A stretch of 18,530 nt of DNA, from the UHGV virus genome UHGV-0075052; one strand, given 5' to 3'. Both the position numbers and the translations under genes were made by a program. The notes beneath the pieces were generated by a model. The model ran no database searches. It was not told the origin of the DNA and saw only the letters and a program-made list of their open reading frames with translations. The stretch is from a virus. Below, piece after piece: positions 1 through 7,190 of this stretch (within the stretch, counting starts at the first letter, position 1; every line of letters begins with the position of its first letter).

Positions 1-49
1 TACCAGATGTGTACCAAACCATTATTTCTGAGCGTACCAAATATTATTT

Positions 50-1228
50 ATGGCTATAAGCGACACAAAACTGCGTACTATTTATGGTAAACCATATTCG
101 GGCCCACAAGAAGTGGCTGATGCCGATGGCCTCAGCGTACGAATTTCACCGAAGGGGGTCATCCAGTTCCAGTACCGCTATCGCTGGCATGGCAAGCCTA
201 ATCGACTTGGGCTTGGTCGATACCCATCCCTGTCTTTGAAGGATGCCAGACAGATCACTGCTGACTTGCGAAAGCTCTATTTCTCAGGAACGGATCCACG
301 CACCTATTTTGAAGAGAAGGTGGAGAACTCCATGACGGTCGCCCAGTGTCTCGACTACTGGTTCGACAACTACGTCTCTACAACTCTCAGAGAAAAGACC
401 CAGGCACTTTACCGATCAACGGTTATGAAGCGCATGCATGACGCCTTTCCTAATCGTCCGGCATCTTCTATCACGGTTAAGCAATGGGTTGACCTGCTTA
501 CCGAAGAAGAAAGAGATAATCCACGCCGAGCAAGGCAGGTGCTAAGTCAACTAAGATCAGCAATAAGTTGGTGCATGCGGCGTCAGTTGATAGATAGTTG
601 CGCAATTATGAGCATCCAACCAAGGGACTTCGGCTCCCGCGCTGAGGTAGGGGATCGGGTACTGTCGTATCACGAACTGGCTAAGATTTGGCTTGCTATT
701 GAAAGAAGCCGTGCGTCTACGTCAAATAAGCTACTTCATCAGATGCTTATGCTGTGGGGGGCGAGGCTCTCAGAGCTTAGGCTGGCAAAAAAGACAGAAT
801 TTGACCTGCTGGAAAACGTATGGACCGTACCGAAAGAGCATAGCAAGATGGGTAATGTTATCCGCCGTCCAATCTTCGAACAAATTAAGCCTTTCCTCGA
901 AAAGGCCATGACAACGTACAATGATGTTCTTTTCCCTGGAGAAGACATAAACAAACCGATCAGCATCGCTGCAGCCAACCGATTCGTAAATAGAATAAGG
1001 GGAGGGATGGATCTAGGTTACTGGCGAACACACGATTTCAGAAGAACGCTTGTTACACGTCTGTCCGAGATGAATGTCGAGCCTCATGTTACTGAGCGAA
1101 TGCTCGGTCATGAACTTGGCGGGATAATGTCCGTATACAATAAACACGATTGGATAGAGGCTCAGCGCAAAGCGTATGAGCTTCACGCTGATAAATTGTT
1201 CTGGCACATCAGGAGCATTTCTGATTAA
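50..1228 (+). CDS. int: Tyrosine-type phage integrase (P4-like, with N-terminal arm-type DNA-binding domain)
   Basis: 392-aa ORF. N-terminus (GLSVRISPKGVIQFQYRYRWHGK...LGRYPSLSLKDAR) resembles the arm-binding domain of P4-family integrases; C-terminus carries HDFRRT and LGHELGGIMSVY, consistent with the R..HxxR..Y tyrosine recombinase signature. No obvious Shine-Dalgarno before the ATG at 50. Confidence 0.9.
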   Translation: MAISDTKLRTIYGKPYSGPQEVADADGLSVRISPKGVIQFQYRYRWHGKPNRLGLGRYPSLSLKDARQITADLRKLYFSGTDPRTYFEEKVENSMTVAQCLDYWFDNYVSTTLREKTQALYRSTVMKRMHDAFPNRPASSITVKQWVDLLTEEERDNPRRARQVLSQLRSAISWCMRRQLIDSCAIMSIQPRDFGSRAEVGDRVLSYHELAKIWLAIERSRASTSNKLLHQMLMLWGARLSELRLAKKTEFDLLENVWTVPKEHSKMGNVIRRPIFEQIKPFLEKAMTTYNDVLFPGEDINKPISIAAANRFVNRIRGGMDLGYWRTHDFRRTLVTRLSEMNVEPHVTERMLGHELGGIMSVYNKHDWIEAQRKAYELHADKLFWHIRSISD

Positions 1229-1400
1229 CGCCACCGTTAAGAATCCACCCTTCAACAGCTTCACGAAGGTATGATTTGGGGTGGGTTCTGACTGGCTTCG
1301 GAAATCCGTGCCGTTTGGTATAGTTCCAGATTGTCTGACGTGATGAAACACCGAGCTTGTTCATCACTTCTTTCTCAGGAATCAGGCTGGTATCGGTCAT
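1209..1400 (-). CDS. xis: Excisionase / AlpA-like small DNA-binding protein
   Basis: Start placed at internal Met (MTDTSLIPEKEV...) preceded by a GGAGA SD. 63-aa basic HTH-like protein adjacent to int. 3' end overlaps the int 3' end by 20 nt in convergent orientation. Confidence 0.7.
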   Translation of the reverse strand: MTDTSLIPEKEVMNKLGVSSRQTIWNYTKRHGFPKPVRTHPKSYLREAVEGWILNGGVNQKCS

Positions 1401-1413
1401 CTTAATTCTCCAG

Positions 1414-1440
1414 GCAAAAAGAAACCGCCATATAGCGGCT
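1414..1440 (-). terminator. Putative intrinsic terminator (weak) between the 114-aa gene and xis
   Basis: Minus-strand hairpin AGCCGC-tatatg-GCGGTT (6 bp including one G-U) followed by TCTTTTTG. Confidence 0.3.
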
Positions 1441-1477
1441 CTATCAGATATGTACATGCCTCATCGAGTGTGAGGCG

Positions 1478-1822
1478 TTAGTCCTTGCGTAGCTCGCTGA
1501 TTCTTCTGTAAGTCTCTGGTGCTTTGTTTCCGTGCATCTTCATTTCAGACTTCAACAGAGCAACGAGAGAATCCCATTCGTTGAGGATGCCTTTGAATGC
1601 CGGAACGCGCTTTGCAACCTTGTCGAATGAATCTCTGATTTCTGGAATCTGCTCAACAAGTGCAACGCATCGCCGAAAGTCTGCTGCGTCATGGGGAGCG
1701 CCGAAGTGATGACCATAGATATTCTTTTTCAGTCCACATGCGATTGAGGCAAGAGTTGCGCTACTGATGCCGACATCGCCAGTCGATTGCCATTTCAAAA
1801 CCTTCATAGCCAAATCTGACAT
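1478..1822 (-). CDS. Hypothetical phage protein (114 aa)
   Basis: ORF with start at internal Met (MSDLAMKVLKWQ...), GGAGA SD 6 nt upstream; no family recognised. Confidence 0.6.
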   Translation of the reverse strand: MSDLAMKVLKWQSTGDVGISSATLASIACGLKKNIYGHHFGAPHDAADFRRCVALVEQIPEIRDSFDKVAKRVPAFKGILNEWDSLVALLKSEMKMHGNKAPETYRRISELRKD

Positions 1823-1836
1823 TTCTTGTCTCCAAT

Positions 1837-1858
1837 AAAAAACCGCCATCAGGCGGCT
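1837..1858 (-). terminator. Putative rho-independent terminator
   Basis: Minus-strand hairpin CCGCC-tgat-GGCGG followed by a TTTTTT run; overlaps the stop of the 55-aa ORF and abuts the SD of the downstream gene. Confidence 0.45.
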
Positions 1859-2016
1859 TGGTGTTCTTTCAGTTCTTCAATTCGAATATTGGTTATGTCT
1901 GCATGTGCTATCTGCGCCCATATCATCCAGTGGTCATAGCAGTCGTTGATGTTCTCCGCTTCGATAACTCTGTTGAATGGCTCTCCATTCCATTCACCTG
2001 TGACTCGGAAGTGCAT
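1849..2016 (-). CDS. Small hypothetical protein (55 aa), absent from the ORF track
   Basis: Hand translation: ATG at 2016..2014 with GGAGA SD; MHFRVTGEWNGEPFNRVIEAENINDCYDHWMIWAQIAHADITNIRIEELKEHQAA; stop TGA at 1851..1849. Confidence 0.45.
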   Translation of the reverse strand: MHFRVTGEWNGEPFNRVIEAENINDCYDHWMIWAQIAHADITNIRIEELKEHQAA

Positions 2017-2088
2017 TTATCATCTCCATAAAACAAAACTCGCCGTAGCGAGTTCAGATAAAAGAAATCCCCGCGAGTTCGAGGATTG

Positions 2089-2373
2089 TTATTCATTGCC
2101 GATATTCACCTTTATCGCGAACACCTTTACCGGTTTATCGCCGAAGTGCGGATGTGTGATTGTCTTGATTTCATATCCGTCATACGGAACATCAATTCTA
2201 CGGCTGGAATCGTCGCGCTTCGGATATCCCTTTGTGATAATCAGGCGGTCATACTCCCGGAACATAATTCGCTTATTCCAGTAGTCATTACACAGGCGAT
2301 ACTCTTCCGTTTTCTCTCCGCGAATCATGGCATCGAAGTATTCACCTTTGACAGCAAGTTGCAGGTTAGCCAT
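2089..2373 (-). CDS. ASCH/PUA-like domain protein (94 aa)
   Basis: Start at MANLQLAVKGEYF... preceded by a GGAGGT SD; its ATG overlaps the upstream TAA (TAATG). Sequence has the character of ASCH-domain phage proteins; assignment from memory, not searched. Confidence 0.65.
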   Translation of the reverse strand: MANLQLAVKGEYFDAMIRGEKTEEYRLCNDYWNKRIMFREYDRLIITKGYPKRDDSSRRIDVPYDGYEIKTITHPHFGDKPVKVFAIKVNIGNE

Positions 2374-2633
2374 TACCGCACCTCCAGTCTCCATACCGCC
2401 TGACCAATCCGGCTGGCATAGGTATCTTTGGATACTGCTCCGTCTTTAGCCAGCTCCATAAGAATTTTGCGCAAATCTGCCGAACGCCATTCTTCATCAG
2501 GAAATTCCTTCTCCATTGCCAACCGCAGATTCCAGGTTGCTATCGTGAATGGATATTCCCCGCCGAGAGCTTTCTCTTGCAGGGCAGCACGGGAACGCAT
2601 CACCTGCAAAACCTTCTCTTTTACATCCATCAT
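2373..2633 (-). CDS. Hypothetical phage protein (86 aa)
   Basis: Start MDVKEKVLQVMRSR... with GGAGGCAAAATG context; ATGA overlap with the stop of the upstream gene (2630). Confidence 0.65.
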   Translation of the reverse strand: MMDVKEKVLQVMRSRAALQEKALGGEYPFTIATWNLRLAMEKEFPDEEWRSADLRKILMELAKDGAVSKDTYASRIGQAVWRLEVR

Positions 2634-3358
2634 TTTGCCTCCTGCGGCGGTTCTGGTAACGGCATCCAGTGTGACGGTTTCCACGACGCACCAGGAATTA
2701 TCCACCCATCATTAGCGTCAGGATGACCCGGGATGTAAGTCGCCCATTTCATTCGCCAGTCACCTTTCCTGTCAAACTCCACGGCAACAAGAACGGCTGT
2801 TTTGGTATCCGGCATTCGATCACTACAGCTTATCCAACCATCCGGAGTTACCGGAGAGTTGCCATTTACATCGAAGTTTGGCTCTGCGTCCTGAACCAGG
2901 AGGATGTAACCATTCTTGGCAGTATCAAGTTCTAACGCCTCGGTGACGGTGCCGAAATAGCGATTACCTAAATCAGCATCACAAGTACTTACATCAATGG
3001 AAACTTCCATGCCTTCGATTAATTCTGGCAAGTTGTAAGCTTGGCTTACAGGTTCGGCTTCCAGTTCTGCTATGCGCTTTTTTGCTGTTTCCAGCTCGCC
3101 CAGCAGCGCCAAGACGGTAGCCGGATTGGCTGCAGCGATGAATTCAGCATTGGCCTGCTGTTCCATTTGGAAATCTTCATCGAAACCGCTTTCTGGATGC
3201 GCTCCTTCAATTCTGCAAATGGGAATATATCCAGCAGCCTCGCGATGAATTAGTGCATCATCACCATCAAATCGGCCCTCTCCATATTCGAGCGACCACA
3301 CACCACACGTTGCTTTCTCTGCTTTTTCACGCAGTCCCTGATAGTCAATCTTGCTCAC
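2630..3358 (-). CDS. Ead/Ea22-like early protein with C-terminal DUF551-like domain
   Basis: 242-aa acidic protein with a central coiled-coil-like stretch (LALLGELETAKKRIAELEAE) and a Trp-rich C-terminus (WISCSDRMPDTKT...WMPLPEPP) typical of DUF551 in Ea22-like proteins. Confidence 0.7.
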   Translation of the reverse strand: MSKIDYQGLREKAEKATCGVWSLEYGEGRFDGDDALIHREAAGYIPICRIEGAHPESGFDEDFQMEQQANAEFIAAANPATVLALLGELETAKKRIAELEAEPVSQAYNLPELIEGMEVSIDVSTCDADLGNRYFGTVTEALELDTAKNGYILLVQDAEPNFDVNGNSPVTPDGWISCSDRMPDTKTAVLVAVEFDRKGDWRMKWATYIPGHPDANDGWIIPGASWKPSHWMPLPEPPQEAK

Positions 3359-4002
3359 TGGTTGACTCCTTTGCGAAGCTCTGCGGCGAACTCGTTAAGT
3401 GATATGTAGCAATCTCCAAATGTTAACGAACCGCTCGACTGCATATGCTCCATAGCCATATCCACCCCCTGCGCCCGTACTTCAGCCAGGAAAGCATCGG
3501 TGGCTGGGGTGTCGATATTAGGCAGAAGCGCATAATCGCAAATCGTATCGATCGCAGGATTACAACAGTCATCCTCGTTTCGTGGTCGTTCGCCAACCTT
3601 CGTTGACGATTGCATGATGATTCCCCAGCAAATACTATCGACTTCTTCGCTCCATCCATCGCAAGCATCACCGCGATAGTCGTCAATTGCAGCCTCAGCC
3701 GATTCGATAGCTTCCTCAGCAGTTTTGTGCCATTCGAAATTATGCTCAGAGCCATATGAGAAATATGAATGTCCTGCCTTCATCACCGCACTCTCCGCAG
3801 CCAGCTCCGCGCACTTGGCCTCAAGGTTATCAATCGTGATTCCAGCAGAACGACACTCCCGCAACGCCGTTTCCAGTTTTGATTCAAGTTCACCGAACTT
3901 ACGGACAAGATATTCAGCGTTTGTTTCGTTAACCTTTAAATCACTTGGGATGCATTTACCTTTCAGAAATCCATCCATCTCAATTAGTGACATTTGTTTC
4001 AT
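3355..4002 (-). CDS. Ead/Ea22-like acidic early protein
   Basis: Start chosen at [11 protein letters not shown] (ATG 4002..4000), which forms an ATGA overlap with the upstream stop; acidic, Cys/Trp-containing protein of Ea22-like character. Confidence 0.65.
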   Translation of the reverse strand: MKQMSLIEMDGFLKGKCIPSDLKVNETNAEYLVRKFGELESKLETALRECRSAGITIDNLEAKCAELAAESAVMKAGHSYFSYGSEHNFEWHKTAEEAIESAEAAIDDYRGDACDGWSEEVDSICWGIIMQSSTKVGERPRNEDDCCNPAIDTICDYALLPNIDTPATDAFLAEVRAQGVDMAMEHMQSSGSLTFGDCYISLNEFAAELRKGVNQ

Positions 4003-4196
4003 TTCTTCCCACTCCGCCACATCGCATTCAGATATTTGTTTTGATTCACTGAAGGAAAAGAATTTCTCTTAAGCAATTCCTCTCTCGATGGCATTGGCTT
4101 TACGCGTTGGCGAATAATCATTTCTGCCGGAAGAATGCCGGGATTGTATGCAAGTCCTCTCATAGTAAATTCCTCAGTCATTACTGATAGCGCCAT
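3999..4196 (-). CDS. Small hypothetical protein (start uncertain)
   Basis: Maximal ORF 65 aa; candidate ATGs at 4196, 4181 and 4163, of which only 4163 has a GAGGAA SD. Ends with ATGA coupling to the next gene. Confidence 0.4.
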   Translation of the reverse strand: MALSVMTEEFTMRGLAYNPGILPAEMIIRQRVKPMPSREELLKRNSFPSVNQNKYLNAMWRSGKK

Positions 4197-4470
4197 AGCG
4201 TGAGCGGTAATTACGCAGGCGCGGGTCGATATATTCAGGGAATTTGTCTATTGTCGCTTTTCGCAACGGTCGCATTGCTGTTTCGTTTGTTCGGTCCTTC
4301 TCATCTTTTAACGCGAGTTGTATATCGCGTCGGTACATCCGTTCTGCTTTTGTTTCTGGTGGCAGATCAATAAACGTGTCGAAAATGTTTTTGATATTTT
4401 CCAGCACCTCCGCCTTGGAGCTACCGGAGCAGTTGTGCGGGTCATCCGCACCATACAGAGGCGCTGGCAT
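4174..4470 (-). CDS. Hypothetical phage protein (98 aa)
   Basis: ORF in the operon frame with a weak AAGG SD; no family recognised. Confidence 0.55.
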   Translation of the reverse strand: MPAPLYGADDPHNCSGSSKAEVLENIKNIFDTFIDLPPETKAERMYRRDIQLALKDEKDRTNETAMRPLRKATIDKFPEYIDPRLRNYRSRYGAISND

Positions 4471-4493
4471 AATGGGAGCCTTATTTTCAGTAA

Positions 4494-5081
4494 TCAGAAA
4501 GGAGGGTAATCGTTCTGGCTGTAACCATAATCATCTGCATGATTCTGGCTTACGTTTTTAGAGCGATTGTCTTTATCTTTGAGGCTGGCAACCATGTTGG
4601 CGATAGTTTCTGGTTGCTTGCCTTCCGCCTTTTCTTTAAGGGTTTGACCCGTTTTTGCAATAAACGGGATGCGTATTTCCATCTGGTAGCTGTCTGCGCC
4701 AGTCTTTTTGTTTGTGGTTAATACTTTCTGGAGCACTAACCCGATTTTCTTTCCATGAAATTCAGGAGCAACAAATTTACTGGCGGAAACCATATGTTGC
4801 GTTAATTGTCCAATCCCGGCACACCCCATCATGGCGTGGACGACATTTGCGCCAAATTTATTTTCCGTTCCGTCATTTTTCTGAACACAGACGCTAAGAT
4901 ATTGGATTTTACGTCCGTCGTCGGATTCGCCAGAAAACTCAATAAATTTGGCTCCTTTTTCTGATTGCTTTAGTTCTGCTTCAGTAATGGTAATGATATG
5001 AGCGCCAGTTTCGTTAATAAAACCACCTTGCCCTGCGGTCAGTGCTGCTTCTTCGTTATAAGTAAAAATCACGTTGCTCAT
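4494..5081 (-). CDS. SSB-like ssDNA-binding accessory protein (DUF669-like) partnered with Sak4
   Basis: 195 aa; ATGA-coupled to the upstream Sak4 gene; C-terminal acidic/aromatic tail ...DDYGYSQNDYPPF resembles the SSB C-terminal DDDIPF interaction tail. Confidence 0.7.
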   Translation of the reverse strand: MSNVIFTYNEEAALTAGQGGFINETGAHIITITEAELKQSEKGAKFIEFSGESDDGRKIQYLSVCVQKNDGTENKFGANVVHAMMGCAGIGQLTQHMVSASKFVAPEFHGKKIGLVLQKVLTTNKKTGADSYQMEIRIPFIAKTGQTLKEKAEGKQPETIANMVASLKDKDNRSKNVSQNHADDYGYSQNDYPPF

Positions 5082-5758
5082 GCGGCGTTTTCCTTAATTT
5101 GATGAACATTATTGATGCCGTAGTAATCACAAACAGTGGCATCGACGAAAGAGAGATCGTTATCAATCTCATTGGAGTCAAACATTCCCATTGGGGATTT
5201 AACAGTGTCTGCACCGTTGTTTTTTGTGGTGAAAAAGAACTGGTCATCACGGGTAAGGGTGCGAAGAACTATAGTAAACATGCCTTCAACAGTAATTTTC
5301 TCGTCCAGCATTTTGCCGATAGTTTTCATTTTCACGCGCCCCATAGGGGTTTCTTCGGTGTGTGCAAGAAAATAGACTCTCAGGTCATCAGGTGCATCCT
5401 GTGCAGCCTTAATCACCTCCCATGCGTGGCGGCCTATCTCAGTAAATTTATCAAACGATTTTTCTTCTGAGCGGCGCATAAACTCATTGCTCATCACATA
5501 CTGGAAGTCATCAACAATAACGATTCTTTTCCCGTATTCGTGAGCACGCTTAATTACGGCAACTATTACGTCCCATTTGTCAGTGGTAACTACGGTTCCT
5601 TTTTTTGCTCTGACATCCCATGCAAGCCAGTCTTTTGATTTAAATGGTAGCGGCTTGCCTATTGGTTTTATAAGTATTGCTTCCTCTGGATTGATATTTC
5701 TCATGCTGGTTGATTTTCCGGTGCCAGATTCACCGAGTATTAATGTCGCAGTTCCCAT
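5078..5758 (-). CDS. sak4: Sak4-like RecA-fold ATPase (phage ssDNA annealing/recombination protein)
   Basis: 226 aa; N-terminal Walker A LILGESGTGKST; Walker B-like hydrophobic stretch ending in DD (RIVIVDDF); GAGG SD 7 nt upstream; sits where lambda carries bet/exo. Confidence 0.8.
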   Translation of the reverse strand: MGTATLILGESGTGKSTSMRNINPEEAILIKPIGKPLPFKSKDWLAWDVRAKKGTVVTTDKWDVIVAVIKRAHEYGKRIVIVDDFQYVMSNEFMRRSEEKSFDKFTEIGRHAWEVIKAAQDAPDDLRVYFLAHTEETPMGRVKMKTIGKMLDEKITVEGMFTIVLRTLTRDDQFFFTTKNNGADTVKSPMGMFDSNEIDNDLSFVDATVCDYYGINNVHQIKENAA

Positions 5759-5766
5759 AATTTGCC

Positions 5767-5955
5767 TCAGAATGGTAATTCGGATGGGACGGAAAGAAAT
5801 TCGCGCTCATTCATGTGCTCTCTTTGAGCCTGCCATAAACAAAGTTGTTTCTTTGATTTATCTCCCGCTTTACGCCAGTAACGAGCCTCAGCAATGTGAT
5901 ATTCTCTTTTTAATCGACTTAATTCTGGAGTTTTCGCCAGTTCTACCGGAATCAT
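5767..5955 (-). CDS. Small hypothetical protein (62 aa)
   Basis: Start at MIPVELAKT... with GGAGG SD; ATGA overlap with the stop of the kil-like gene. Confidence 0.5.
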   Translation of the reverse strand: MIPVELAKTPELSRLKREYHIAEARYWRKAGDKSKKQLCLWQAQREHMNEREFLSVPSELPF

Positions 5956-6065
5956 TTTGACCTCCATTTTCTGTAGGCTTCGATGGCCTCACGAAACATC
6001 TTTTCATCGCCAATAAAAGTGGCGATAGTGAATTTAGTCTGGATAGCCATAAGTGTTTTATCCAT
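5952..6065 (-). CDS. kil: Kil-like host-killing / FtsZ-inhibitor small protein (37 aa)
   Basis: MDKTLMAIQTKFTIATFIGDEKMFREAIEAYRKWRSK resembles lambda Kil as recalled from memory; located immediately downstream of cIII as in lambda. Confidence 0.6.
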   Translation of the reverse strand: MDKTLMAIQTKFTIATFIGDEKMFREAIEAYRKWRSK

Positions 6066-6198
6066 TTTTGGGAACTCCTGGCTGATTAAGTACGTCGATG
6101 AGTCGTTTCCATCCGTCACGTAATTTGCGGGTGATTCGTTCAAGTAAAGATTCGGAAGGGCAGCCAGCAACAGGCCACCCTGCAATGGCATATTGCAT
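6058..6198 (-). CDS. cIII: cIII (FtsH/HflB inhibitor that stabilises cII)
   Basis: 46 aa, MQYAIAGWPVAGCPSESLLERITRKLRDGWKRLIDVLNQPGVPKNG, near-identical to the lambda cIII N-terminal region as recalled; AAGGAG SD 6 nt upstream. Confidence 0.85.
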   Translation of the reverse strand: MQYAIAGWPVAGCPSESLLERITRKLRDGWKRLIDVLNQPGVPKNG

Positions 6199-6260
6199 GG
6201 TGTGCTCCTTATTTATACATAACGAAAACGCCTCAAGTGAAGCGTTATTGGTATGCATAT

Positions 6261-6284
6261 AAAAAGGCCCTCACATCGGAGGGC
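6261..6284 (-). terminator. Putative rho-independent terminator upstream of cIII
   Basis: Minus-strand hairpin GCCCTC-cgatgt-GAGGGC followed by CTTTTTAT. Confidence 0.5.
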
Positions 6285-6346
6285 AAAGAAGATTTCCAAT
6301 AATCAGAACAAGTCGGCTCCTGTTTAGTTACGAGCGACATTGCTCC

Positions 6347-6374
6347 GTGTATTCACTCGTTGGAATGAATACAC
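6347..6374. repeat. Perfect 9-bp inverted repeat (GTGTATTCA / TGAATACAC) with 10-nt spacer
   Basis: Read directly from sequence; lies 15 nt downstream of the stop of the 156-aa gene; no U-tract follows on the minus strand. Confidence 0.5.
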
Positions 6375-6388
6375 AGTGCTTATTCGTA

Positions 6389-6859
6389 CTAATAAAACAC
6401 CCAGTTTTCTGTTTCTTGGTTGTGTCCAAAGTTATATTCAATATCTGGTGTTGATGTATCAATATTCTTCATCCCATCAACAAGAGTTGATACAACAGCC
6501 AAATCTTGTTTGATTCTCATCAAATGGTATTTCTTTCGGCGCAATAAACTTTCAATGGCAAGTTTCTTCGTCGGGAATGCAAAAGATCTTTCTGCATTTT
6601 TTGCTACTTTCTTAATTGCATATCTATTTCTCCTTTGTTTCCATTCCCGTAACCACTGATTTGGTGCTGGTTTAAAATCAACAATCCAATGCGCAGGAAC
6701 CAACCATGCATAATGCTCTGTCTGATGAAAAGCTATATATTGAAGTGCGAATATTTTGATTCCATCTTCTTCAACTGTCGCTTGGAATCTCCAGAAAACA
6801 GGCATTCCATCATGTTCAGTTTCTGATTCAGGAAAAGGTACGCTCCATGATTTTGTCAT
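6389..6859 (-). CDS. Hypothetical accessory protein (156 aa), AT-rich
   Basis: Clean ORF with a GAGGTGAG SD; visibly more AT-rich than neighbouring core phage genes; no recognisable motif. Confidence 0.7.
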   Translation of the reverse strand: MTKSWSVPFPESETEHDGMPVFWRFQATVEEDGIKIFALQYIAFHQTEHYAWLVPAHWIVDFKPAPNQWLREWKQRRNRYAIKKVAKNAERSFAFPTKKLAIESLLRRKKYHLMRIKQDLAVVSTLVDGMKNIDTSTPDIEYNFGHNQETENWVFY

Positions 6860-6913
6860 ATCTCACCTCAAATAAGTGGTTTGCTGCGAAAGTAAATACG
6901 CTTAAGTTACCTG

Positions 6914-7051
6914 TTATTTATCCCACCAAGTTCCGTATCTATCTATCCAGTTACACCAATCATCGACACTCCATTTTGTTGTGTCGCATTTTGGCAACTG
7001 GCATGAATATCTACCTTCTTTGTAAAGTCGGCGTTTGACTTTCTTGAGCAT
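6914..7051 (-). CDS. Small Cys/Trp-rich putative zinc-binding protein (45 aa), absent from the ORF track
   Basis: Hand translation MLKKVKRRLYKEGRYSCQLPKCDTTKWSVDDWCNWIDRYGTWWDK; ATG 7051..7049 with a GAGGTGAG SD; three Cys. Confidence 0.4.
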   Translation of the reverse strand: MLKKVKRRLYKEGRYSCQLPKCDTTKWSVDDWCNWIDRYGTWWDK

Positions 7052-7170
7052 GGCTCACCTCAATCGTAATAAGTTGGAATTGATTTTCCGCGTTGCTTCT
7101 GGCGGCCTGAGCAGGTAACCCTCATTTCACTGCGTGGCTTGCGGTAGTAAATTAGATTTGTTCAGACAAT

Positions 7171-7190
7171 AAAAAACCCACCGAAGTGGG
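7171..7190 (-). terminator. Putative rho-independent terminator (tL1-like) after the N-distal gene
   Basis: Minus-strand hairpin CCCAC-ttcg-GTGGG followed by TTTTTTATTG, immediately 3' of the stop at 7191. Confidence 0.6.

Noticed and set aside
693-978. ORFs 693..911 (+) and 739..978 (-) inside the integrase gene
   Set aside because: Alternative-frame and antisense ORFs within a strongly supported integrase; no SD and no recognisable protein character.
1209-1457. Long version of the xis ORF starting at 1457
   Set aside because: The upstream Met has no SD and would run into the terminator-like hairpin; the internal Met at 1400 has a GGAGA SD and gives a typical excisionase length.
3725-4072. 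Plus-strand 115-aa ORF
   Set aside because: Antisense to the Ea22-like gene in the minus-strand operon; low-complexity Ser-rich translation; no SD.
4244-4561. Plus-strand ORFs 4244..4561 and 4318..4509
   Set aside because: Antisense to coupled minus-strand genes; no start context.
5577-5960. Plus-strand 127-aa ORF
   Set aside because: Antisense to sak4 and the 62-aa gene, which carry clear motifs and coupling.
6847-7038. Plus-strand 63-aa ORF
   Set aside because: Antisense to the small Cys-rich minus-strand ORF, which has a strong SD; this one has none.
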